Source: Octopus vulgaris
Lineage: Eukaryota
Reading direction: 5' to 3'
Assembly: GCA_951406725.2 (NCBI GenBank)
Contig: OX597818.1
Location: 83,700,001 to 83,764,000, forward strand
DNA: 64,000 nucleotides
The notes under the pieces are model-generated. The model searched no databases, was not told the DNA's origin, and was given only the letters and a program-made list of their open reading frames with translations. Of this stretch, positions 12,806 to 30,049 are shown in pieces. Made by a program: the position numbers and the translations under genes. Each line of letters starts with the position of its first letter. Position 1 is the stretch's first letter.

Positions 12806-13205
12806 ATGCCTGGTTATTGGGGTATTTTGAAAATATGCAGAGACAAATGTGAATCATGTGGTCCTGGTTCGTTTTGTACATTACGTGTATTCTACGGTCT
12901 GTTGCACTTGCTGGATAAATTCAGGTGTTCTTATGATTTCAGAACGTTTAGAATGCTCTTTATGCTTTGATATTGGCGACACGTTTCAATCGTCAGTCTC
13001 AAGCTCCTTACAAACTTTGTAGACGAAAGATCTGGCAACTTTTAAAAATTGAGAGATTTCTAAATCACTGTGCTCAACCTGCATAACCACAATAACAGTA
13101 TGGGTCTTCATTTCTTGAGTAAGCTGAGGATCCGCCATTTTTATTTTCTCAGTCAAAGATTATACAGAGTTACCGAAAAATAACCCCAGCAATAACCCCC
13201 AAAAT
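12806..13205 (-). mobile_element. internally deleted Tc1/mariner (DD37D/maT-like) element
   Basis: [79 protein letters not shown] is an N-terminal HTH. Degenerate TIRs: ggttattggggtattt / aaataaccccagcaataacc. Confidence 0.75.
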
Positions 13206-13245
13206 GTATGTCCTCAAATACCTTGCGTACACTGTATATGTATAC

Positions 13246-13300
<55 letters not shown>

Positions 13301-14686
13301 CAGAAGTATATTCAATGCTGCTCTGTCATGTATAATAAATTCTATTCCAATAAATGTATTTTGCTAGTGTTTGTTAGTTTTACATTTTCATAATTCCACA
13401 AGAACGTTATCGGTTATACCTGAGCGACCGCACCTTTGTTTGTGTTGTTGTGTGTATTAAGATCAATATGTCACAGTTTTGCAAACAGATTGATGAAATT
13501 TTCTATCGGGCACATTTATTAAAGGAGAGGTTGATAGGCTACATATCTTTTTAAAAAATTGATCACAAATGATTTTCAGAGACATCGCTTTTTTGTGTAC
13601 ATTTTTGCCACCATTGGAGGTGTCAATGTAGCCGTGATGTTGTTCACACGCACGAGCGTGCAAGAGTGTGTGTATGATTTGTGTCTTCTGTGCTTGCATT
13701 TGTACGTACATGCATATAAGAATTTTGAACCAATCATATTCTTGATGAAAATTCACTGCATTCCCAATAAATTTTATGTATGACATACTTTGAATAACAT
13801 ATTTTGAACAAAATGACAGAAAGAAAAATCTATACTACATTCGCATAGATACTTGCTACCTGAACATTTTCTTGTTTAAATGTAAATATCATCTTGATTG
13901 ATATATGAAATTATATTATATTTTATCAGCTAAATAGATAATAAACATGTTTACCCATTTTGTCTCTTTGTATTTACCTATATAAACATTTAGAAACATT
14001 CCCGAACGTAAAGCATTGCAGTTTTCGTTTCAACTGTCAGTGTTGTACATACAAATTTCGCTGGGAGCAATATCGTCAATTATTTCACTCTTCAGGCAGT
14101 AACAGATAAACCATCTGAAACATCAATACCAGATGTATGTAATTTGATTGCATCATCAATATGCTATGTTGTTGAATTCGCATAGTTTATTGGTAGGCAA
14201 GCTGATTCATTCTTTATCCATTACAGGGAGCGACAAAAGAATTTAAACTCCGATTCATCATTCTTGATAAACGGCTCAACAACAAATGCGTGATATGAAA
14301 TGGTCCAAGCTATAAAAATAACTAAAAACGAAAAACGATACAACATTGACTATACGAAGATACCATTGTCAGTCTCCAACGCTAAGAATGTCACACGTAT
14401 AGCCGGGTAAAATGTGAGGTATTTTCTGTCAACCTGTACTATATACAAGGATACATCATGCTATAAAAAACATTTATTGAATTAAGTCGATCACTAAATA
14501 TCCTTGCAAGAAAATTTCTGTATATATTCCTGTACATGTGTGTATGTGTAATATCATTGTATTTTGTATTTTCAACGGACTTAGTGTATTACATCTCTCA
14601 CTCAATGAAACTGAACCCGAAAATATGTACCTTAGGAACGAACTCATTATCCAGGAATGTGCTCCTATGTTATATATGCATATATA

Positions 14687-17426
<2,740 letters not shown>

Positions 17427-18440
17427 CCAGTCGTGGTCATCCCATTTTTTCTTTAACGAATACATATACATATATCTTTTACCTTTTACTTATTTAAGTC
17501 ATGCTGGGGCACGACATTGAAGAATTTTGGCCGAACGAATCGATCCTAGTACATGGGTATAGCGTTTGAATAGTGTATTCACATTCGGCTCTGTAAATTT
17601 AGGAAGTTTTGGTTTGATATCTGTTACATGATGTCGCTCGGTCGTGTGCATATTCGGTTATAGCACTTTCATATTTTATAAAAGTTGGAAATATCAAACT
17701 GAAGAGAGAAGTAAGTAAAACTTAAATTCCTTTAATCTCGAAACGCGTATATAGTTAATCCTGGTCGTGTTGATTCATTGTTTTACTCTTTGCCTTCGTA
17801 AAAAAGTATGTTTACCGTCATGGAGATTCTTATAGTAGCAGGATTTGTATCTCCCTTTTCTAATTTTGGTATGTGGTGAAGCAATTAGCTCAACCCTAAT
17901 TATAATTATGTGGATAATTTTACCTATAAAGGTTATTTTAACGTATCGATCTACTTGGTAAAAGTGTTGATTAATTGATTAATTCATTAATTAATTTGAT
18001 TAATAAATTTTACCCTTCTATTACTATTATATATATATATATATATATATATACATACATACATACATACATATATATATATGTATATATACATCAATAT
18101 GTGTGTGTGAGCATGTGTACGTATATATCGGCACAAAATAGTTCTTTTTTTTTCGGGAGTGACAGGAATAGTATATCTCGAAGCACAGTTTATTAAGCTA
18201 TAAATAATAATACGAAAATAGTGGATTGAAAAACAGTTTTCGATAGAAAAATTCGCATCCTGCGGATTGCTTTCAAATATTTTCTGTCGAATGGGATTGT
18301 TTTAACCTAATAGCTAAGCGCTATTGTTTATAGCTGTATGTGTGTGCTTCGAGATATGTTATTCCTAAAAAAATTCACAAACACTGAGACACAAGCACGC
18401 ACACACACGCATTCACACACACACACACATACACACATAT

Positions 18441-18925
18441 AGGTGCAGGTGTAGCTGTGTGGATCCGAGTACAATCCCAGTGCATGGCACCCTGGGTAAG
18501 TATCTTCTACTGTAGCCTCGGGCCGACCAAAGACTTGTGAGTGGATTTTTGCGGACGGAAACTGAGAGATACACGTCGTATATCCTTTCGTTCTTTATTC
18601 TTTATTTGTTTCAGTCATTTGACTGCGACCATTCTACAGCACTGCTTTTAGTCGAAAAGTCGACTTCAGGACCCATTTTTCGTAAGCCTAGTACTTATTC
18701 TATCGATGTCTTTTGCCTAAACGCTAAGTTACGGGGACGTATATATATATTGCTAATTGCTAAGCAACTGCTACTAGTGTGTTTACGTTCACGTGACTTA
18801 GCGAATCGACCAGATAAGCCGACAGAATATTATCAAACTAAAGAAACTAGTATTAGGATCGATTAATTCGCCCTAAATTTTTCAATGCTGTGCCCCGGCG
18901 TGACTTAAATAAGTAAAAGATAAAG
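18441..18925. mobile_element. SINE family C copy (+) with a second family C 3' half (-, ~18590-18740) nested in its middle
   Basis: Head aggtgcaggtgtagctgtgtgg...ggcaccctgggtaagtatcttctac (CORE-like), then a reversed tail tttgtttcagtcatttgactgc, then a forward tail ending aagtaaaagataaaga. Confidence 0.75.
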
Positions 18926-19131
18926 ATATATCTATCTGTATAGTCATTAAAGAAAAATGGGATGACCACGACTGGAAATCCTTCTCTTATTACTGACGCC
19001 TGCTAAATATCAGCAGCATCAACACACACAACTACAAACTCACACTCACGCACACAATTGCACACGCACAGAATTGCACACGCACACAATTGCACGCGCA
19101 CTCATGTGAATATAATATCATATTATATATA

Positions 19132-20362
19132 CAGACATGACAGAAGTAAATATATACCCTTATAATCATGAAAATTTATTTAAACCTGAAATTATGTTTT
19201 CAAATTATTCATTAATTATTATAATGTGAATATCTAATATCTAATGTCCTTTGCATTTTTCAATGGAAGGATTTTATTAGGTATACTACTGATGGGATGA
19301 CGAATATTTTCTTGGGGGATTTCTTGACACGTTTGATGTAGTCATCTCAAAAGATCTGGCTTTGAGGATTCTTTTCTTGTCCATTTTACGAAGTGTCCTG
19401 TCCATTATGCCTCAGAGATGTTCAATAGGGGCATATCTGGTAACTGGCTTGGATATGGATTTTTTTTAATACCATTCTTTTCCAACCAACCTTGGGTCAC
19501 TTTAGCCGTGTGGCAAGGAGCACCATCTTTCATAAATAAAGAATCTTCTTTAATCCTTTCACAATTGAAGAAGATTGGAAGAAATCATTTCTGCAATATG
19601 GACACATATTTATCTGAGTTTATGTTTCCCTCGCACTCCACCAGCTCTGATTCACCATTGCTCCAAATTGCTCCCCAGACCATCACAGAATAGCTGCATT
19701 GTTTCATTGTTGGCAGTAATCTTTTCATCTCAAATTCTTGATTAAAGAGTCTCCAGACCCACTCTTGACCACTGTCAGAAAATATAGCAACTCTGGACTC
19801 ATCAGTGAATATGATAGTGTCCCAAATGCAAGCGGCCACTCCATCATCGAACTAGCCTAGTATTTTCTCCCTTTGACATTGGCTGGTTGAAGAAGTGGTT
19901 TTTTTCTTGCTGCTCTGCAGTAGTTGCCAAGTTTGTGGAGATATCTGAAAGCTGTTCTGGGATTGGCATCAACTTTTTCTGCTATGTCAGAGGCCTTGTA
20001 AAGAGGATTATCCTCCATACATCACTAAACAAGGCAAAGGGTCATGTCAGAGGGCCCCGGTCGACATGGGCAAAATGATGCGGACTCCTTCTTTCCCGGT
20101 GAATTGCACAATCACCCTATTAACTTTAGAGAACGGGATCCCAAGGTTTTCTGCGATTTTATGCTTTGTCCACCTGCTGATTGACCCACAAAACGGCCTC
20201 TTTGAAATTTGAGTAATTCCAAGGCTTCTTTTATATGTAATATAATTAAACAGTCACATATAGAACCTGAAACATAAAAATGTCCATTAATAAAATATAT
20301 AAAGCTTTTCAAGTTGAAATAAACATTAAGCAATGTTTTATTGGATGTCTAGTCACTTCAGT
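19132..20362 (-). mobile_element. Tc1-family (DD34E) transposon relic
   Basis: WDTIIFTDESRVAIFSDSGQEWVWR...SVMVWGAIW...EGNINSDKYVSIL...FMKDGAPCHTAK, with stops and frameshifts. Degenerate TIRs (gaagt..tat..ccc..tttattt.aac.tgaaa) sit at both ends in a TA context. Confidence 0.9.
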
Positions 20363-20884
20363 ATATATAATACACATATACATATGTAGGTCAGTCATTT
20401 TCTAGCTGTAAGTAACTGTTACTACGTGAAATTATTCCATAGCAGCTAGATAGATATATGATTGATTCACTTTGGATTACAAATATTGTAAATCTATGAT
20501 ATGTGATACTTATGACGTGTCATGAATGATGTACTTTTCGTCATTGGTCACGATTCCATCATGAAACGGATAATATCCGCTGTGACATTTGTCGTAAAAG
20601 AAATTTTCGAATACGTGAGTTACAAATTTTTTTATCATTAATATTACTTAAAACTCAGTTGTGAGCTCTCTACGTTATTTTAAAATACATTTTAGACACT
20701 TACATTTTAAAACTTATGACGGTAAATCAATGATTTTAAAGGCAGTTCTGACTATGATTCCCTCGACACAGCACAGAATTTACAAGAATACCAACGCAGT
20801 TTCGAATTACTGCAACAAATATATTTTTTCACATAAAAATTACGCTGAAAATACCGTATTTTTCAAACAATAATTAACCTATTA

Positions 20885-21290
20885 GGTACAGCCGTGGGTG
20901 TGTGGTAAGAAGCTTGGTTCCGGGTTCAAAACCACCGCATAACACCTTCCCAAATTGCTTTCTCATATAGCCTCAGGCTCACCAAAGGCATGTAGGTGGA
21001 TCCGTTAGACGGAAACTGAAACAATCACCTCATGAGTGGATGTATGTATCTCTCTCTCTCCCTCTCTCTCTCTCTATATATATATATATATGTATATATA
21101 TACATATCACCGGTGTTGATCTATTTACGTCTCGGTAATTTAGCGTTTCGCCAAAAAAGAGCGAAAGAATAACTACCGGGCTTCAAAAAACATAAGTCCT
21201 AGTGTCCATTTGTTCGACCAAAAAACCCCTGAAAGCGCTGCCCCAGCTTTGCCACAGTGGCATTACTGAAACAAGTAAAATATAAAAATT
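20885..21290 (+). mobile_element. SINE family C, full-length decayed copy with central microsatellite
   Basis: gtgtggtaagaagcttggttccgggttcaaa...gacggaaactgaaa...actgaaacaagtaaaa. Confidence 0.8.
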
Positions 21291-21519
21291 AAAATATCTT
21301 ATATGAATCCCTACCCTTAAATATCACTTCATTTGCTGTTAATTGTTCAATTACCATTATTTCATTTTGAATACATTGTAAATAAAGTTATTACTCTGTG
21401 GAAGACACATGTTCGCTAGCAATTAAGGTTCAGTGGACCAGTATCTGTGACAAAGTCGCACTTGGTCCGACGAAAATTGTTACACCAAATAATAAATACT
21501 TAAGTGAATTTAACATTGA

Positions 21520-21842
<323 letters not shown>

Positions 21843-21999
21843 AACATATTCCTCTATCAGAACCGCAGACTTAGTAAGCGGGCCTTCAGATTTTCTAAAC
21901 CCTGTAAAAAGAACTCAGAAGCTTGGGCCTCCAGCCAGGTTTTTGGCGATGCCTTTAAATAAAAACTTCTCAACCCCCACCTCGTGCATGTATATGTGC

Positions 22000-22037
<38 letters not shown>

Positions 22038-22389
22038 CGGGAAGCTTTATGAAAATAGACAAAAGACGAAGGCAGGTAGAAAACAAACAAACAATTGTAT
22101 TAGTATGGCGCTCAATAATTATAATTAGGGTCAGCTAATTGCTTCACTACATACCGAATTTAGAAATAGTTAAAAATTATTTTTCTACTACCGTAAGTAT
22201 CATATACAAATATAAATATAAATTTTGCATATAACACGCTTAAAACTGTTAGAATAAAAGAAAAAAATATAAATATAATGATAATAAAATAAAAATATGG
22301 CATATCAAAAGACGAATAAAATTCCGGCGAATTGTACATAGAATATAATACATATACAAGCTTACAAAAATATAAGTTATACAGAAGTC

Positions 22390-22482
22390 CATCTACGGGC
22401 CGTTTCGGGGATGTACCAATTAACATTAGACATATCAGTACTTAAAATAGTACTTAAAATTGGCACTCTCCTCATCAAGATG
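22390..22482 (-). ncRNA. type I hammerhead ribozyme-like motif with long stem II
   Basis: 5'-CAUC-UUGAUGA-GGAGAGUGCCAAUU...AAUUGGUACAUCCCC-GAA-AC(GGCCC)GU-A^GAUG. Stem I is CAUC/GAUG and the cleavage triplet is GUA; there is a C3U deviation. A pLTR-like piece lies nearby at 22037-22115. Confidence 0.6.
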
Positions 22483-22846
22483 TCCTATACAACACATATA
22501 AAACATGAACAAATACACAATCACATACCAGCCATTCTCAGAACACGGCATTTACGTACTCCCAGAAATTTTTTTCCTCAATCCTGAATGGAACTTTAAA
22601 TGCATACAATTCGATCCAGCGGCCATAGTAAATTGTATGCACACAACGCCATCTGGGCCATTTCACTTCAGCACTTTATTTTATTTTATTTTATTTCAAT
22701 TTTATAAATTCTCCCATACATGCAAAGCCTCCCCTTGGACAAAAAAGTGTATACAGCTCATTGAAGCACTTCTATTTCTTCTATTTACTTGTATATCTTG
22801 AGCGTTGTTGTCACTCAAGATATAACTTTATATTTTGTAATTAATA

Positions 22847-22913
<67 letters not shown>

Positions 22914-23894
22914 CTATATAGGTATATATATATATGGATATATACTGTATTTTGAAATAATAGCATGAAATTCAATGTCAAATTTGTCATGGAATACCAA
23001 GATGAAGTTAACAAGTATATATATACAAACTCGAGATTTTCTTACCAAGGTATATCTACATATATGAAAACCTGTCATGGATTACTGAGATAAACTTACC
23101 AAGGATATATATACTAACTTTAAATTTTACTACCAAAGTCGACCTACATAAATCTAAACCATTAAATTTTATTCTATTTTTCAAAAATACTTTCTCATAT
23201 ATTTTTTCTAATTTTAAAACAACATTCGATATATTATAAAAACTTTAACTTCTCCATCTCTGACGTGCGGAAGTATTGTCTATCAATGTGTATCAACACT
23301 GGATTCCATTATAATGTCAATAGTTTACCGAAACGATTGTAAGATGCATTAATTAACAAATTTTTAAACTGTCATGTTTCATATATTTACATATATTTTT
23401 AATACAAAACTATTTGAGACATATATATTTTCGTGAGGAATTGTTTTTATATTGAATTTGATGCTTTTATTTAAAAATACAGTATATATAATCGCTCGTA
23501 TTAATGTCTAAATACTTTATAGTATTAATATTTTTTATATTTTATACAAACAGCACTCATAAATTCAGTGTATAATATTGTAACAGTATATATTTAATTA
23601 ATGATATATATATACATATGTATAGTAAAATCGTTTTTATTTAGTACCTAGTAGTTATGTTATTTTCATTGAAATCGGTTGAGTTTTAACGGGGATGTTT
23701 GCCCCCATTTAAGCCCTCTAATCGGAATGGAAAATAAATTTTATGTAGCTTATTGTCTTTCTCGTAAAATTTTACATGACACTATATACTTTGTTTTTAT
23801 GTATCTTCTATTCCCTTTCGTCCTATAGATGTACAGTCACACAGGCATACAGATGTTCAGCTTAATCATACAGATATGTTGTCGTATGTGTCCT

Positions 23895-24082
23895 TGATCC
23901 CAAGCACCGCTTGGAATCTGATGTTGGTTTAATTATATCCCCGTAAGTTAACTCTTCAGCACAAGAGACCGATAGAATATGCAACGAACTTAAAAGTACC
24001 GGGGATGATGTTTGCTCAACCCAACCCTTCAAGGCGGTACCCCAACCTGGCCGCAATACAATGACCGAAACAAGCGAAACAA
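23895..24082 (+). mobile_element. SINE family C 3' half
   Basis: ccccgtaagttaac...gagaccgatagaata...aaggcggtaccccaacctggccgca...gaccgaaacaag. Confidence 0.75.
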
Positions 24083-25434
24083 GTGCTTTTCAATGATTAG
24101 TGACTGTTTTCATTTCAACACTTCGTTTTAGATCAAATCACTGGACAAGCAAGTACATCTCAGAGATGGTAAATATTAGTAAAGAAAAGTATTCTTCCTT
24201 ATGACCATTATTGCGTTATTATGTTTGATGCTTGTGTCTAGAAACCATATAAAATTATAACTTCAAACTGCGTCTTGCATTGTCCTTTACTATGATGTTT
24301 ATTATTATTAATATAACAATTTTCTTTTTCTTTTTTCCTTTCTGAAAATTGGTTAGCAAAAATTTAACTGCTTATATATATTATCGTTGGAAATTTCGTG
24401 CGCATCTCAAGAAACTGTTTTAATTTACAAATCCAAATTAAATTTAATCGCTTATCATTTCATTCATTTATACGTAAGAAAAAATATTAAAAGTCGGACA
24501 CATCGTGGTTTGAGTATATGTGGCATCTTCATTTTTTTCTAAAGGTAGAATTTTCAATAGCTTTTAATCTTGATAAGCGGGTTTTCTAATTAAATAAATG
24601 TAATCTTTCTATAACAAAAATCAATTTAAAAAAAGTTACGTCATTATTTTTCGTAGAATTTATTTTTCTTGTTCTTACAGCACTTTTTATTTATACAGTC
24701 TACTTAATACAGTCTTTGTACATATTTTACACAGTTGAATTTTTTAATGAAATAACTAAATTGATTTTACCGTAAACTGATGAAAATTCTCAATTTCCTC
24801 AAACTATAAATTATAACGCAACGAACATTTCTTTTACGAAATGGAAATTACATCAGTGGAATATAGAGCATTCTACTATTAAGTGAATGGGAGAAAACTT
24901 TAAGTAGTCGCATCACTTCTAGACATATTAGTAAAATCTGCCTCAAAGCACACCCTGTTGTTTTAAAATAAGATGGACACTTTGTATAACTTGTCCTAGA
25001 TAATAGTTTAAACATCTCTTATAACCACATAAACACAAGAATGTTTTCAAAATGGCAATGAACTGCACGTGTGAAAGTGGTTCTTGATCATGATATATTA
25101 CAGCTACAGAAAGTGTGTTAGAAACAGAAGGCCAATTCTGAAGTTGTGCAGAAAAATGTGGCATAGTTCCTTCTGTTTAAATCTTTGTTTTAAAGCAATT
25201 CTATATAGAATGTTTAACAATGAAGAGGAGATATGATTAGAGAAATGTCTAAACATGCAAGTGCTTTATGTTATTTAGCAAAGTAGAGTTTAAGGATATC
25301 CACTGGCCATTGTGGTATTTATCTTAGTTTGCATTTATATGAATGCAATGGAAACACTTAATAAAATGGATGCTTGCTGGTATGTTGTCGGACGAGAATA
25401 ACAGCAGTCATCGAACTTGCCATGCATGTTTTTA

Positions 25435-25750
25435 GAACCTAGTACTTATTCTATTGGTATTTTTTAATGAAAACCTGACTTACGTGGTCGTTGACAAAGC
25501 AACACTGGATGTCAAGGGTGGAGGAAAGAAGACAAACACAGACACAACACGCACAGACACACACAAAACACACACACACACACATACATACGTCGTGTTT
25601 CCACACTGTTTCGGTTTACCAAATTCATTCACAAGGCATTGTACCGCCCGCGGTCATTTTAGAAAACATTACCCAAGATGCCGCCCAGGCAAACTAAACT
25701 CGAAAACACATGATTGCAAGGCCAGGTTCGTAACAACACAGCTGTGCCCT
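25435..25750 (-). mobile_element. SINE family C, decayed
   Basis: cctagtacttattctattggt...tttcggtttaccaaattcattcacaagg...acacagctgtgcct. Confidence 0.7.
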
Positions 25751-26084
25751 ACATATTACTACAGACGAGAAAGCTGTCCAGTTTTTTTATAACTAAATTT
25801 TAAGGTATTTCCAGATTGGTTCAATAAATTTACTACCATGGCATGCAGAGGTTAGTTCATGCTACAGAATAAAATCAAAAGGAGATCTAAAACTCATATC
25901 TACGTTTAAATATATATTCAAAATATATTAACTAGAATATTAGACAAATGTGTTACAAATAAGACTTACGATGATACTACAAGCACAACTACTACTGCTG
26001 CTGCTCCAGCTACCGATACTAATAATACTACTACCAACAACACAACCACTGCCTTGAACACCAACAAACAACGACAATAATAAT

Positions 26085-26780
26085 AATCCTTTCTACTAAT
26101 GGCGCAGGGCCTGACATTTTCGGGGAGGGGACTGGTAGTGTACTAACTATAAATACATTCTATACACAATATACATTACGTGTGTGTGTATATATATACA
26201 CTCTTTGTATTTGTATTCACGTGATTTCTCTTTTCATCGCTTGTTGGTGTCTATTTTATATATGTATATATATATATATATTATATGTGTGTGTGAGTGT
26301 TTGGATGAAAGGCAAAGTCGATCTCGGCGGAATTTGAACTCAGAATGTAACAAGAAGAAATGCTGCTAAACATTTTATCCGATGCGGTAACTAATAATAA
26401 TAATCATAATAATCCTTTCGACTGTAGGCACAAGGCCTGAAATTTTGGGGGAGGGGACTAGTCTATTAAATCGACACCAGTGTTTCCCTTGTACTTAATT
26501 TATCGAGCCAAAGTGTTGAAAGGCAAAGTCGGCCTCGGCGGAATTTGAACACAGAACGTAGCGACGAGCGAAAAAGGACTATAATAATGACGAAGGTGAT
26601 GATTCTCCTTTCAGTACATGGCCAACAAATTTGAGGGATGTGGGCAAATCGTTTATATTGCTCTCAGTACTTGAATAGTATATATATATATATGTTATCG
26701 ACACCGAAAGAATGAATTACAACACTAACATCAGCAATATTTGAACTTGGAACGTGACGAGCTGGAATAAATACCGTAAC
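26085..26780 (-). mobile_element. cluster of 3-4 SINE family M pieces, each with an (AAT)n-associated 3' end
   Basis: Repeated aataatcctttc.act.taggcacaaggcctgaaatttt and aaggcaaagtcg.cctcggcggaatttgaac.cagaac. Confidence 0.8.
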
Positions 26781-28401
26781 GAGAGTAGCACTACTGGTTG
26801 TGGCTAGGGAAAGTAACCTATCTTTGGTGACTGTCGATGCTGCGGACCTTTCTAACATTTTTCAATCATTCTGGAATCCGTCACAGGTGACGTATCATAG
26901 TGTTGGGTTAGCAAAATCTGGTGTTTGTTATTATTACTGGTTCTATCACTGTCAGCCTCTCTCTCTCTCCCATTCTCTCTTTTCTCTCTCTCAATTTCTC
27001 CCTCTCTTTCTTTCTCTTCCAGTCTGACACCTGTTGTCTATCTTTTTCTCTACCCCATATCTCCTACTATTTTCCTCTCTGTCTCTCCAGGTCTTTCTCT
27101 GTCTCCTTACATTTGTTTCATTAGTTTCTCATGGTATAAATTCCTCAAGTGTATTCTTATTATCACTTCTATAATAGCCGACCTTTCTATAGCCAACCCT
27201 AGACTCATTGCCTTACTTCCTACTCGAGGACGTGGTGTAGCTCCTAATTTGCCAAGTGGTGTCCGTGTGAGAGAATCATTAAGACTTGTAATTCAATACA
27301 GCCTTTTTCTTTGCCTAAACAAAAGACAGTCGTAGCAGTGTTGGGTCAATATCACCATGATTTCCCAAGTTTGTCAGTGTCGTTTAATTGCGATGATATG
27401 GAAGTATAATAGACGAACAAATTTTCATACTCCAAAGGGACGAAGCCCACACGTATAAATGAATCCTTATCTGGAATATGTTGGCAAACCAACTAAAGAT
27501 TCTTGTCCCACACTCACCTTATTCTCTGAAGTTTGGCCATTTCGTAGAATTGTTTATTTTCTTCCCAAATCCACTCTGAATATTCCCATTTTATATTGCA
27601 ACAGATACCGAAGAAAAAACCCTATGTTTGCGTATATATATATCCATGAATATTAATAGAGAGGAAATCAGGCATCATCAATGTGAGGAGCGCTCAGATG
27701 GATGGGAATCGGTTGGTAAAATACATCCCACTGATTTATTTTGCACATCAAATGTATAGAAGTAATTTGTTTACATTCAGGTTTTTCTCCAAGGTAAGCT
27801 TTTTAGTAATTAAATATATATCTATGTATGTGACTTTCAATATGTTTATGCAGGTGCGGATACATCTACACACACGCACACACACATATATACGCACACG
27901 TATATATTCAATAAAAATTTTGTTCATTTTACGAGAAATCTTATTCTAATATTAATATATATTAACCCTTTCGTACGCTCTTAAAATTTTTATGGAATTT
28001 TACGAATTAATTTTAAAATCTGAGTACTCTATAAAGATATTTTACAACTCCATAAAGTTGTCACCAAAACGAGAAAAAATAAAACGTTCCGGTTCATACT
28101 ATATATTCTTGCATAATTTGAAATTATGTTAGCTCATATTCAGTTAGAGATATGCCTTTCATGAAGTTAACATGCCTTAGTGAACTTGCCTCTCTCGTGG
28201 TTACTAGAAACATACAAGTATGTCAAAAACGAATACATTAATGTTTGTTTATATATATTTTGATATGTACCATCATGCTTCTGTTTGGCTACGCTAAATA
28301 GATTTCCCTATGTCACACACACATGCACAGAACCACATGTGTATATATTGCACTATATATGCATATACGCGTACATATGTACACTTACATATATACATGC
28401 A

Positions 28402-28433
<32 letters not shown>

Positions 28434-28438
28434 CACGC

Positions 28439-28475
<37 letters not shown>

Positions 28476-28639
28476 CATACGTATAATATATATATATATG
28501 TGTATATATGTATACACACACATATAAAAATAGTGAAAAACGTGGTGCACACAAAACTAACTACATACGTATGCAAGTGACAGACACACAAACACACATA
28601 CACACACACATATGTAAATCAACCATGCAAAGAACCTAA

Positions 28640-28671
<32 letters not shown>

Positions 28672-29926
28672 GTATGTATGTGTGTGTACTGGGGATGGTT
28701 GCGTGCTTGACAGTTTGTGTGTGTGTGTGTGTGTGTGTAATTTTCATTGCATGGTTGATTGTTCCCTCGGCTTGGAAATCTTTTGAAGTGTTTGTGTTCT
28801 TCAGAAATAATGCTAATTCTTTTATTTATTGAATTATTTATTTATTTGTTTATTCATTTATATTTTCTAATCCGAACACATTTATTCTCAGCAATGCCGA
28901 TTTCTGAGTCAGGTAACTAACACTTGGAATGCTCCAATATTATAGTTGAAAGCGGAAACCCTCGAACGTTGCAAGAATTAAATTAAGCAAAACGCTTTCA
29001 TTCTTTCTAAACGAAGAGACACGTTATATTGAATTTTGTACGAGATAAAATCTAATAATAATGATTTCTAAAACAGGAACAATGCCATCATTCATAGACA
29101 GGTGTGTTGTCCTAGAAATATATCACTGTTCTTCACTGGTACTAAATTTATTGTTTAACCCACGATAGAAGGAAGAAAGAACGTAGTGGTTCCCATAGGA
29201 TTTGAAGTCCAAATATAATTTTAATAATGGCGTATTTTCAAGAGGGTTATCATTTATATCACAAACATTGATTAATTATCATAATTATCTTGTTTTCATT
29301 TTTATCATTATCTTCATGAGATCCGGCAGGGTTGTATGTATACCTTACTATATATATACGAGTGTGTGTGTATATGTGTGTGTGTGTGCGTGTGTGTGTA
29401 TACATTTATATATATATATATTCATATATACACACACACATGCAAAGACACACACACACACACATACAAAACAAACATAAATACATGTGTACATACACTC
29501 TCACACACATACATACATGCATACACACATGCATGCATACATACATGCATGCATACATACATGCATGCATACATACATACATACATACGTACATGCATAC
29601 GTGCATACATACATACGTACGTACGTACGTACATGATACATATATATGCATGCGCACACACAGTGCCCCACACACATGTGCACAAACAAAGAGAAAGAAC
29701 GCAGATCGAATAATGGGCAGAGTTGACGACCATTGAAATAGTTGCAAAGCAATGAAAATTTTAGGAAAAATAGGTAAGTAAATGAGTGGAAACTTTATCG
29801 GTGAGTGTGTTAAATAATAAGGCACCAAAAGAGAATGACTCTTCTAAGACACTACAAAATATACTTCAACACACGAACTTACATACAAAATCTGGCAAAC
29901 CAAATCCCAAAACAAAATATAAATAT

Positions 29927-29969
<43 letters not shown>

Positions 29970-30012
29970 TACACACACATATATATACATATAAATATAT
30001 ATGCATGTGTAT

Positions 30013-30049
<37 letters not shown>

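Noticed and set aside
27215-27318. Minus-strand AG..GTAAG exon candidate
   Set aside because: Stops in all three frames.
27962-27975. TTAACCCTTTCG piggyBac-like terminus
   Set aside because: No matching opposite terminus found nearby.
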